Translations under genes and position numbers: made by a program | Notes under the pieces: model-generated | Told to the model about the DNA's origin: nothing | Seen by the model: only the letters and a program-made list of their open reading frames with translations | Databases searched by the model: none | Shown: piece after piece, positions 1-11,810 of the stretch | Numbering within the stretch: position 1 is the stretch's first letter | Layout of the letters: each line of letters starts with the position of its first letter | NCBI RefSeq assembly: GCF_023055435.1 | Contig: NW_025963779.1 | Coordinates: 70,866,001-70,930,000, forward strand | Length of the DNA stretch: 64,000 nucleotides | Source of the DNA: Haliotis rufescens | Lineage: Eukaryota | Reading direction: 5' to 3'

Positions 1-95
1 GGAACATACATGAGCAAATGAGCATTATATGACATATGACATCTATATATATTAATTTTGGATAGTCCTGTCTACTAGTATGTCATATGTTCAAG

Positions 96-3000
96 GTAAT
101 ACGACCCCCGTTGACCAACTGAACAACAATGGGAAAGATGCCTCGTTATCCACTGATATCATAAAAGAGAGCAATAGAACTTCCCTTTTACGAGCTCGAG
201 CGCCAAGTCATTCGGCACTGTCGCGGGATGATAGCAGATCTGTATTTGGTTTTGACCCTCACCCATGTCACGTGACTGACACGTCACACCCAGACAGTGC
301 GTGGTCAACGGAAGTGTCCGTCCTAAATCTGAGCACCTATGTTGAAATTATGAGGAGGACTGGTGGTTTCTCTGCACACTGTGCTGTGAGTGATTTCTTT
401 TTCGTATTGTACAGTAAATAGACAGAAAACAAAGAACTGATGACTTTAAACTTTTATCAAACTGATTATAGGCATCGTTTCTAATACTGACATAGTTTTA
501 CCACTTGCATTAATCTGGTATTTAAACACAATGAACATAACACTTTCATGTTTCCGGGCCTGCCTAAGGACCTTCCCCGTGGCAAGCTTGGGTCCTGTCA
601 TGAAGCCGAATTACCAGAAAATGCTTTCAAAAACAGATATAGCAATATATTACCCTGTAAGTATCAGTAACATTTTATTTAGACATTTCTGTTCACTTCC
701 AGCCAGTTAAAGAAAAATCGAAGAAGAAATATATATTTTCTAGAAAGATGTTGCAGTGCATATAATTTCCTTAGTGACAGCTCCAAATTGCCATTCGGTA
801 CTCTGATGGAGGTTTGCTTGCTGTAAAGTAACTATGTTGTAAATTATCATGCTATTACAGAACATTAACACGTAGACTAAACCGAATGCTTTCCTTTCAC
901 ATTGGATCTTTGTGTGTGAGACGTTTTAGCTTTGTCCTCCGAACAGTTAAGGAATATACGTGTAAAGTGGAATGACCAAGAACATTAAACCCCACGTACC
1001 TTCCACGACAAAATAGTCAGTGAGTCAGTATGGTTTTACGCCGCTTTAAGCAATATTCCGGCAAATTCACGGCGGGGACACCAGAAATGGGCTTCACACA
1101 TTGTACCCATGCCGGAAATCGAACCCGGGTCTTCAGCGTGACGAGCCAACACTTTAACCACTAGACTACCCCCACCGCCCCCAAAATAGTATGAAAACAT
1201 AATTTGATTTATGCTTATGATATATGTCGACATAATTAAACAATACATGTTGCTATAATTGTTTCAGATGATCATTGCAGAGTCAAACTAACCCCTATCC
1301 CCAACATCCCTGGATCCGACTACATCAACGCTAGCTACATAAACGTAAGTCCATCGCGAATGAGTTGATACTTAAGGCATCAGATCAGGTCTTTGAAAGG
1401 CATTTCTCCTGATAAAGGAGTAAGCATATACTCCAAAACCTTGTGTTCTTCATAATAAAGAAGTTTGCATCCATATATTCTCTTCCTTAAGGCATCAGAT
1501 ATTCTGCAGCAATTTGTGGTAATTTCAAGGCAATAGACTATCTTTTGTAACATACATTATAACGTCTAACTGTCCCTGTTAGTTTTCATTCTTTAAGCAG
1601 TTTCCCTTTATAGTTCATACTTTTATTAATTTGAGGATGCTGTATTTTGAAAAATTGAGATTTAGTTGCATTGCACATGAAACATTCTTTTATGTAAATA
1701 TTTTAAGTTTGGAGAATATTAATGTGAGTTGTCTCTAACAATGATTGTTTTTAAGGACGGAAGAGGGTTATATATAACAGAGAGTCACACATCTGTTTCG
1801 GTTTACCCGTTTCTCTTTATTTCAGGGATATGGGGCGTCACAGGAGTTTGTAGCTACACAAGGTAATATTTCTTGTTTGATTGTTTCCGGTTTACATGGC
1901 GCGTTTGTTTCAGTTGACACTTGTAGTACATGAACTATTTATTAACCTACAATTTATTTCTCGAAATATTATTTTATATTCCCAGGACCTTATGGAGACG
2001 TCATACGAGACTTCTGGAGAATGACGTGGGAAATAGATGCGAGTAAAATAATTATGCTGACAAATTGCGTAGAAAACAGAAAGGTATTAATAAACAATGC
2101 AATTATCGCTATTTTATCAATTGCAAATAAAAAAGTTATAATTATATGTTGCTTTCGTTTCACGGATTATCACGATACTATTATAGATATCAATAAAACA
2201 TGTATGAATGTGTTCACTATTAGATGCCATTATTTGCTGATGACCCGCGAAGATCCGGGGTAGAAAAGGTCTTCAGTAACCCATGCTTGCCGTAAAAGGC
2301 GACTATGCTTGTCGTAAAAGGCGGGTGGTCAGGACCGCTGACTTGGTTGATACACGTCTTCGATCCCAATTGCGTGGATCGATGCTCATGGTATTAATCA
2401 CTGAATTGTCTGGTCCAGACTCGATTATTTACAGACCGCCGTCATAGAGCTTGAATATTGCTGAGTGCGACGTTAAACAACCAACCAATAAAATCCATCA
2501 AAGCTGGTGATTATTTACAGACAAACTATGTGAGTGTTGATGTAGTATTTAAACAACATACTGACATGAACATATCCCCTTCCTTTTCAGGCTAAGTGTG
2601 AGAAGTACTGGCCCGACTTCGGCCAGCCATGTTCCAACTACGACGATGTCCATGTTCAGTGTGTGGCCGAGGAGGAGATGACGGACTACACAGTCAGGAC
2701 GTTCTCTATACACAGGGTACTGATACATGTACATACAGTCTCTCCACTGTGATACTCTCGCATACTGTGAACAGCGAACATATCTCACAATCTTCATTTG
2801 ATGGGAGATTTTCACTGAAAGAATAAAATGAAAAAACCCATGTGCTTTTCAGGAGGCGGAGTTACCTAGGACACTGAAGCAGTACCACTTCACTGCATGG
2901 CCAGACAAAGGAGTACCAGAGGATGTCAGGGCGCTGGTGGACGTCTACAGACTGGCCAAGAACGCACCGTCGATTGGAAAAGGCCCAACGGTCGTCCATT

Positions 3001-5193
3001 GCAGGTCTGTCGTGCATAGTCTTGAATTTTTTACATACATCTGGGGCCATTATGTCCCGACCTTGTGAATCCCTGATGTCGAATGATACTGACAGGAAAA
3101 CGTGTGTCATTTATTTCGAGAACACTAACTCGGTGTCGTCCTTGTTATCACAGTGACGTGTTTAATATCACATATACTCCATTCCTTCTATCCAGCAGAT
3201 ATACCTGATGAATTACCGATGGTACTGACGACAATAAGTGGATATTTTATCAGATGAGTTCCACATGTATTGCATTCAGTGAAATACGTAGCATGTGTCT
3301 CAACGGGAGTGGCATTCTGCAGTGCCGATGTAGGTCGTAGTAAACTTGATGGTGGGTAGGGATGACATCCTTTGGGATTTTGTTGTAATGTTTTTCTATT
3401 TTCATGTGTTGATACCAATGCAGGGAATGGAAACCGGGTTAACCAAAGGGTCAAACCAACTGACTACCCCTACCTCTTCGTATGTCTTGATACAAAACTG
3501 GGGCGGTCGGGTAGCCTAGTGGTTAAAGCGTTCGCTCGTCATGCCGAAGACCCGGGTTCGATTCCCGACATGGGTACAATGTGTGAAGCCCATTTCTGGT
3601 GTTCCCCGCCGTTATATTGCTGGAATATTGCTAAAAGCGGCGTAAAACCATACTCACTCACTCACTCACTTGATACAAAACTGAACATGTAGTACCTGTG
3701 GCCTTCAACTTAATATTGACCAATGTAGCACTTGTTGTTGATTATATGGTTACTAGGAAAAGAACATGAGCTCGTGGAGTTTATATTCCCTGAGTAAGTA
3801 AGTTGTATAATTCAGTGCTGGCGTGGGCCGGACTGGGACGTGGATCGCTCTGGACTATTTGATTGAACAAGCCAAGGCGGAAGGTGCGGTGGATGTCTTT
3901 GCGTGCATTGTTCAGCTCCGACATCAGCGAATGAATGTAATACAGACACAGGTGAGAGGTCAAGGAGATAAACCTTCTACTGATACATACAATTATTACT
4001 CGTGTGTCACAATCTAATTTAAAAACTGAGCATTCTGATGTCATATGGATATATACTTGATGTAGAGAGTGAAGAAACATAAAAAAAAATCGAGCATAAG
4101 ATCACATAGGTCTTGTACTCCCGAGGAAGCAGCTCTTGCAAAGCGAATTCAGCTGCGTACTACAGGACCTATAGCTACCCGTACCCTCAGACCTAAATGA
4201 AGTTTATTATGAAATTTTGAATTTCCCTTTCTTTCGATAGATCATCTGTTCCTGGGTGTTTCTTGGCTGAAGTTTGATATTTCAGATCACAATGCTCATA
4301 TGTTACACCCCGTTTTATTTTCTACATATTTATTTTTCACCAGGATCAATACATATTTCTCCATGAGGCCCTGATGGAGGCTCTCCAGTCAAGTGACAAG
4401 GAGGGACAATACGACAGAATGAGGTCCAGCTGTGTCGACATCGGTAATGGGGATTGCGAAGTCTTGGAGGTGAATTGATATGATATAAAATGATATGCAT
4501 CAGTGTGTAAATGAATGAATGGATGACTGGGTGGATGGGTGGATGGTTTAATGGATGGATCGATGGAATTATTATTTATATTTCTTTGAGACTACATAAC
4601 GCTGCAAGGAATCCATTTTTGTATCAAGAAACAGCTGTACATCACCATGGCAACAACCTACTGCAGACATTCCCCTGCGAAGCTATTAGGATAACCGTTT
4701 TTATCAGCACAGGCACCAGGTGACGGTGGGTGGATCCACCATATACATGCAGGCGTGCCTAGGGGGGTCACCATATGACTCCTTCAATTTTAAGTAAGAC
4801 ACTGCTTTCTAAGTACGAAGCATGTGGCTTGCTCGAACCACACGCTACTGCTTGTACTCACCCAGACTAATGCCAGCGTCACAGTGCAAGTCCACTGAGA
4901 TACCATATGCATGCCGCAGTTTAACATGGATTCCACACTCAGACACATAGAACTGACTCTGAGCTGACAAGTCCCTCTTCTATTCCCTGTATGTCGAGCC
5001 CGAGGCAGGGTATCATTTGACGCGTTTTGGTATAAGGCGGACGGGGGTCGAACCTCCGCTATCCGGGCAGACGCTCCATCCGGACCACAGATGCATGACT
5101 CATGAGAGACATCTGATTAGTTTGATTTGTCCTACAAAAGGGTATTCCATGATTCTAATGTTTTGTGTTTCATTTCAGGACAAACGCAGTTGA
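96..5193 (+). CDS. Receptor-type protein tyrosine phosphatase, 3' part (juxtamembrane plus a single PTP domain); 5' end is upstream of the window
   Basis: GT-AG exons in compatible phases: 96-385, 569-656 (KNRYSNILP), 1268-1344 (YDHCRVKL..SDYINASYI), 1826-1862 (FVATQG), 1986-2083 (DFWRMTWE..IIMLT), 2591-2716 (KCEKYWP), 2853-3004 (YHFTAWPDKGVP..VVHCS), 3816-3951 (AGVGRTG..QRMNVIQT), 4344-4469 (DQYIFLHEAL), 5179-5193 (DKRS-stop). All classical PTP motifs are present and catalytic HCSAGVGRTG is intact. Confidence 0.93.
1017..1182 (-). mobile_element. tRNA-derived SINE, family 1
   Basis: Reverse complement of the element at 3501-3668 (A box TAGTGG, B box GGTTCGATT, ACTC-type tail). Confidence 0.85.
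1386..1485 (+). mobile_element. Short Penelope-like terminal-repeat remnant with degenerate hammerhead ribozyme
   Basis: Flanked by 15-bp direct repeat CTTAAGGCATCAGAT (1371-1385, 1486-1500). Contains CTGATAA-[GGAGTA..TACTCC stem]-AAAAC then AATAAA, the layout of Penelope hammerheads but with core mutations. Confidence 0.55.
2242..2489 (+). mobile_element. SINE with V-domain-like core (family 4)
   Basis: CCATGCTTG(C/T)CGTAAAAGGCGACTA core and 3' GCTGAGTGCGACGTTAAACAACC. Degenerate copies at ~18580-18745 (-), ~24845-25072, ~25995-26155 and ~31280-31440. Confidence 0.7.
3501..3668 (+). mobile_element. tRNA-derived SINE family 1, full length with TSD
   Basis: Pol III A/B boxes, (ACTC)n tail, 15-bp TSD CTTGATACAAAACTG at 3486-3500 and 3669-3683. 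Other copies at ~12293-12452 (-), 13128-13285 (-), 36684-36787, 48255-48380, 55507-55617. Confidence 0.92.
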
Positions 5194-6344
5194 CAATGAC
5201 GAAATCCCACCAATCTGCATAACCCTGTCATGGATATCTGGACACAAGCTTCAAGAGCGACAGAGTTATGTTTAATCCTTGCTTTACTAAAGAATGTTAC
5301 ATCAATGTTAATAGCAATCAATAGTCTATATATGTTGTATGATGTGATTCCTTGAAGCAAATCATAATATTAGTCGTTTTGCTGGTCTTTATTTTCATAG
5401 TATTTTTCAAACAAAAGGATGGAATATATTCCCAATCACTCCACTGTACATTTGTTTCCCAGTTACCCCACGGTTGCTTTATTGACCACCTCCCTAACTT
5501 TCAGTGGTCAAGACAAATTGTGTTGTCCGAATGTTTATCCTATACGTCAGCAACAGCTTGATGTTCAGCTTCGATAAAAAAAAAATGTGAATATCGAGAG
5601 AGAACACTATATGACTTTATTCTAAATCGTATCCTCGATTACTCTCGTATAATACAGCTAACGCCCACTGAGGACGTGACTAGCCTGTTGTCATAGACAT
5701 TTGTATACGGGAGTCATATGGCAAGGGGAGTTGAGAAGAAAGAGGCTTAAGGCAAACTTAATATTTTAGATTAATTCAACCGCTTTACCATGATGACATT
5801 TAAACCCAGATTTCAACAGTGAATAGATTACGTGACGTTTTATGCAAGCATTCGAAAATATTAAACGTAAATACGCACATATATCTGGAAAAAAAAGTTC
5901 ACAAGAAAATTATTCTTATTCATAAACCACCTTGTGACAAAATATGGATACGACAAAAAAATTATGTGTTAGTTTCGGTTTGAACAAGGGTCATTTGTAT
6001 GTGTGCTCGACTGTGGGTATTCTGCCCTAGTTTCATATCGTGGATCTTCACCTCGGTTACCAACATGTCAATGTGACCCTCAGCAGGGTGACGGGAGTGT
6101 GTCAGTGGAAATATGTCCTGCTTAGACGGCTTTGAAACTGATCCTATTGTACACATAATAACAGACCCGTTTAAAGTTATCAAAAGAAGAAGAAATTCTT
6201 TTGTTCAGCCAGCAGTTTATTGATGTGAGGAGGCGTCTTCCGGGTAAATGACAAGTTCAGGATATTTGAACTTATTTAACGACGTGCTTGTGTGTGACTG
6301 ATCGTACCCGTCCGGACTTACATGTATGTCGGTTTCTTAGAATA

Positions 6345-6740
6345 AGTATACCAAAAGACGTTAAAACATGGTACTTGTTGTTACCCTGTCTGGCGCTCGG
6401 CATTAAGGGGCTAAAACAAGGACTGGTCGGCTCGGAGTCAATATACTGTGTCTGAGTGGGGTATTCATGTTAAACTGCGGCATAGTATCTCAGTGTGCTA
6501 GCACTATAAATCGGCCGTCCGGACTTACATGTATGTCGGTTTCATAGTGCTCGTACAATGAGATACCATGCCGCAGTTTAACATAGAGACCCTACCCACA
6601 CACTGCTTCTAAGCAGACCAGTCGTGGTTTAATATCCGTAATGTCGAACACCAGTCAAAGTAACCACAAGGACAATTATTCAATGCAGTTAGACCGGGAG
6701 ATCGAGCCACCGACTTTCCGCTCTCCGGGCAGATGCTCTT
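6345..6740. mobile_element. Fragments of Meta-domain-like SINE (family 2) in both orientations
   Basis: ATACCAAAAGACGTTAAAA..TGGTACTTGTTGTTAC..CTGTCTGGCGCTCGGCATTAAG matches the element at 32306. An inverted degenerate copy follows. Confidence 0.7.
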
Positions 6741-9700
6741 TTCACCAAACCAGGATGTTGTCAGCTGAGATAGATATCATAATTGCGTTTTGTGTATGGA
6801 CTATGTTTTGTTGAAAATTAAATGCAAGAACAAGTCTTGGTTGATGCTGTGAAACATACACGGTATTGTTGCATGCCCTTGATAAAAAATCATTTTCTAT
6901 TTCCGGCTTGGCATGCTTCCAAACCACATATGCTTTTCGAGAGGTTGTTTTGATTTCATATATATATGTATAAAATATACATAAACTCCGGACACCGATA
7001 TACCAAAAGGGTAAATTGTAAACGAGTTCCCACCCTAGGCTACTTGATGTGTCCTTTACGTGACACCAAGCATTCAAACCTTTTCCACGTTTACCGAGTA
7101 CAAAACTGTAAGATCATGATATATATTTCAGCTAAATGACCTTATTGCGATCAAATTCGACAAATAGTAGATCTTATCTTCTTGGACACATCCTAGATTT
7201 GCTAATTTGCATCCCTATTAATGATACATCCGTCACACCTTCGACCGACTAACATCCTTGATACCTGAAACTGACTGTTCTACGCATACCTGGAATCAAC
7301 TAACCTCAGATCAGGAGCAGAGTAACCAAGTTACTACGCATATACATGCAATATAAAGACATCCTTTCTTAACGAAATTGAAATGTCACACAACCTCCCC
7401 ATTTGTTATCATTTATAAACATTTCTATGGTATAACCATTGGGTTCATCCAATGGATTCTCTGTGTTCTCTGTAGTTTACCCTACAGTTTTGTATACAGA
7501 ATGTGCTTCCTTCTTTTTTGCTCTCTGTACTAATGTATATAATTTTACTTTTACTTTTGTGTAGAAAGTTGTCTAGAATCGCAAGTAAAACATCCAACAA
7601 CTGCCGGTGTAGAAGGTATAATCATCATTATGAGGGAGCACAAGTGGCCCAGTCATCTAAGGCGCTGCAATTCGCTGTGCTGAGTTGCTTCCCTTCGATC
7701 GGTGGGCCAGAAACCTATAATCGTTAGTACGGATCATAGATTGGCCCTGTTAATAAGTCATGCTTTGTCAACCCCAATGGAATTAGATATATGAAATTAA
7801 TTTATCTAACTTGATAGTGTTGGTGCACTAAATCACGACTGATCATAACGAAGCTGCTAACAATTGAACAATGTGTAAGATATTTGTCACTTCCACATTT
7901 CATATATCCTAAACTGTATGTAAATGTTATGATAATACCACGGGGTCAAACCTTCTTTAGAAAATTACATAAAAGGGAAATAACCTGTACCACAATGGCT
8001 AATAATATAATATACTGGAATAATATCAGTGCTGTCAGTGATGGACACAATATATGACTTTGGTGAAGTGTATTCAAGGGTGTATGTTAAAGTAAAATAC
8101 CACGATGAGGTCAAAAAGCGAAATACGCTCAAACAATATCATAAATTTATCATATTACATATACCTTGAATTTGCCGTATATAAAATATATGTATATGCA
8201 AAATAGCAGAGAAATGGAGAGAGAAAATAATTAATACAGCTTTTATTGTGCCAGAATTCAGATCAGAATTCACAAATGAAGTTTTAGACACCTTTGCTGA
8301 GATGTTATACCTTGGAGCCTTAGGCCTTTAGTTCAAAACAGATGACGACGACTTACGGCGAGTGACAACACTCCACGACATGACATTCAATATGACTGTT
8401 CCAAAAAGTCAGGGGGTATGTTTAATATTAAGACACGTTTTAGAGACACCAATACCAGGGTCATTTATGATAAAGTTTCAGTAACATGGGACTTGCTGTT
8501 GGTATGCGATAGTGTAAAATGTGACATTTAGATGGTTGTACGGGCGATAGCCAGTATACCTACTACTCAGGGCATTTTTCACTGTACATGACGCAGCATC
8601 CATCAAACAGTAAGGTTCTTATAAGACCCGGTTCTAATTTAGCACCGACCTTTAACAAACGCCGACGCTAATGTCATGGACATGTTTATACTCCCAAATT
8701 CCCTTAGCTATAAAGCGCCCTATTATATTTCGTTTAACTTAATTTGTAGTTATACAACATAATCATAGTGCGCAAATGAATTTTACAAAAATTAGCAAAT
8801 GTATTGATTAAAAGTTGATGTGAAAGATAAAGTATGGAGAAATTACGGAAACAGTAAAGAGCAAAATAGATGTGAAACTCATGTCTCCTTACCTCGTAAA
8901 AATACATTTTAGTCCAATATAGTACTTTTAGTGTTAATGTAAAATTACGAACCGGAACACGCGACCGAAACCAGGCAGAATAAAAAAAGCAGAGGATGCA
9001 ATGTAAATAGCGCACGAGAGTCTCAAAAATCTCCCCTCGCGACCTCCCACGACAGGGCTTGAAGGATTGTAGTGAAGGATTTGTTCGTTGTTTAAAGCCG
9101 CATTGGTAATGAGTACCATGCTTGTACATGTAAGATTTCAGGGTAACATCATGTCATTATCGCTGTTCAAAATTCAAAACTTTGTCACTTTATACATTGA
9201 AGGAGAGGGCGTAGGAAACAAACGTGTTCCACATATGGGTAGGGCTTACCCTTTTTGCGAGCATCTGGTGCCATCACTGATTTTCAGTGATCCGTGTATA
9301 TATTTGTTACAACTGTTTAGCCCTTTATTCCTAATATAATCGGGTTTTCTCTGTATAAACGAGACTGCTTATTCTTTGGCCTTGTTGGTTTATATTTTAT
9401 TCTATAATTTTGCAGTGTTCAATTTTTTAAAGAATGTTGTAACTGAATTACATTGTTTCTGTTGAAGTTCATGGCATTGTGTTTTGACATAGTGCTAGCT
9501 AATGATAGCAGTGGTGTGGTAGTTATATATATTTATATGCTTTTGGAATCAAGTATAATCTTGAATCTTGAAACAGGTAGACTCATCTCGCACTGTATTT
9601 AACATTTTGGACGGTATTTAGACTATATACTGTGGTCAAGAGCGTGCCTATCTGATATCAATTTACATCAACACCAGCGGTTGTGTGAAGATATTTGATT

Positions 9701-10129
9701 TCACCCTGGATATCCAGCCTATTTTGAAACCTTGACCACTGTTACTGCTAGGTGAATATTATAACCACATGACTGCTATTATATTTTATACTGCCGTTGT
9801 AGTTCTACTGCCACTGGATTTTGTACTGCCACTCTACTGTGTACTACCAATGTAATTGCTGTGCAGTACTTTGTATTGATTTGTACACCTAATTAATATT
9901 ACAATACAATTTTTAATTGTATACTATTTCTTTGTTGTTTGTTTGTTTGTTTGTTTTATACTGATTTTATTTACGTATAGATTTCTGGGTTAACTTATTA
10001 TATCAATTTTGAAGTCTACACGTAACAATCCTGAAACAGATCCCTTAGAAAAAAATCAAGAAACTAACCCAACAATGCATGTCGAAAAGGAGATGCAAAT
10101 ATATAAAAGCGACTAAAATTTCTGCCCAA

Positions 10130-10835
10130 AACAGTCGATTGTACGATTCCGACTACATCATGAGCATGTGTTTATAAATCACTATCAAATAGTAATGATA
10201 CTAGGTGTTCGCGAAATGTTGAGCGTTTCCTGCCCAACCGGGCAACCCGTCACAGCAAAACATATCAAAACATAGCACAGTCAATTGTTCACCTCAAAGA
10301 GGCACGGGCACATATCGTTCAAGTCAATATGGGGAATTGCATCGGACATCATGAATGTCACTGATGCGTCAAATTTGGCCTTGAATGTTGTAACCTTGAT
10401 CAAACTCAATATGAACAAGAGTTGTAAGACGCTCCTTGAAATTTTGGAAGAAAGAGCACGCTCGATTTTACCTGCAGGAGTATTCCTTGACATCAAGGGA
10501 AAGTTGAAGTAATCCCTCTTGTCATACAGTCTGGTGGAGAGTGTTTTGTCACTCTGAATCTTTCTGCATACATCTAAATATGAAACGCATGAGGCGGTCT
10601 CCTTTATTTCTCGTTCAGGTGGGCAAGATAATGGAAGGGAATTTGGTCATTTGATGGATATTGCACAATATCAGATCATCGATATACCTAAAGCTTAAGT
10701 TAAACTTCTTGGCCAAATTACCTTGTTTTGACTATGCCAATCCGAGCAGAAATTCATATTAACACTCGCATAAAGAAACAGATGCGCAAGGGGGGGGGGG
10801 GGGGGGAGCAATTGGTGTCCAAGGGGAAAGCACGT
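10130..10835 (-). mobile_element. Degenerate Penelope-like retroelement (reverse transcriptase fragment)
   Basis: Minus-strand, frameshifted peptides FPLDTNCSP..LAHLFLY, LAKKFNLSFRYIDDLI (YIDD at 10675-10686), SYLD..TRLYDKRDYFNFP and RACS..QGY are typical of Penelope-type RT. Related non-coding pieces occur at ~13700-14050, 15150-15480, 29570-29840, 30550-30820 and 49440-49800. Confidence 0.8.
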
Positions 10836-11149
10836 CCAACCATACAAAAGTCTGCATTACATGGTCTTCTCTAAAGTCGCTTTACTCTCAAACAAAGACA
10901 TTAAACTAAAGACACGATGCCCATATATTATCTTGCAAATTTAAGACTTGTGTGTGGTTATTCGAATTAGTGTTTGAATTGTGTCAGTGTCAATCCCATT
11001 AAATTGTGATGTTTTTTGACAATTGTAAATTTTCATAAGGTAATATGTTCCGTCTGTACTTTTCTTCATTTCCCACACGGAAGTAATGGGTTCGTAACAG
11101 TTTAAAAAAAGTATTGCCGGAAATAGGGAATGAGTGAGTTGGGTTTAAC

Positions 11150-11398
11150 GCCGCTTTTAACAGTATTCCAGTTATATCGCGGCGTGTCAGCTTTATGTGG
11201 GAGGACAGCCCGAAGGTCTTAGACGTTTACCACTTCGGTGAAACCCACGAGCACGGGTATGGTGCTGACAAACCTAGAAACATAATCGGGGCGAACCGGG
11301 ATTCGAACCCACAATCATAGGTCTCTGGCATGCCAAAGGGACGCAACTCTGCACAGCGAATCGCGGCGCCATAGACGACTGGGCCACCCGTGCCCCCT
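11150..11398 (-). mobile_element. tRNA-derived SINE family 3
   Basis: Reverse complement of 31765-32030 (GGTGGCCCAGTCGTCTA A box, GGGTTCGAATCC B box). Partial copies at ~7635-7725 and ~44440-44570. Confidence 0.75.
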
Positions 11399-11614
11399 GC
11401 TGGAATTATACTTCATTGAGAGCAATTGCACATTTCCGTGTATAGAAACGTATTTTGATGAACGTTGATACATTTTTATTGCCAGCATACATTGCATAAC
11501 TGCCAACAATCGACCCTGCACAATCGACCCTGCTTTGTGTAGAGATTTCTATTGGATATGGAAAGGGTTTTGTCGCTTTAATTAAATTGTTAATTAATTA
11601 ATTTTATGTTCCAG

Positions 11615-11810
11615 AAAAAGGTGAACTGGACCGCAAAGGGGCATATCTCTCTCCCCTGTCCGAACTGACCACCTTATTTCGGCTGAGATTTCACTATAAG
11701 TTCAGTAAGAACGGTGGACAATCTTACACCGAAACAGTTCCAGAAGATTCACACACGGGTACACAGCTCTGCCGCCGTCGGTTGACAAATGTCCGGGGGG
11801 CAGGAGGCTA
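11615..11810 (+). pseudogene. Orphan degenerate copy of the gene A cytoplasmic (ITAM) exon
   Basis: Acceptor ATTTTATGTTCCAG and body (CTCTCCCCTGTCCGAACTGACCA.., GGGTACACAGCTCTGCCGCCGTCG) align to 46719-46962. In-frame TGA at the third codon and the YEAL segment is deleted. Confidence 0.85.

Noticed and set aside
3501-3570. tRNA-like sequences (also near 1100-1180, 16470-16560, 32306-32380, 59928-60000)
   Set aside because: They are SINE heads: they continue into shared SINE bodies with tails and often TSDs, so they are not tRNA genes.
7503-7727. 74-aa hydrophobic ORF as a membrane peptide
   Set aside because: Hydrophobicity comes from a T-rich tract and the 3' end runs into a SINE fragment.
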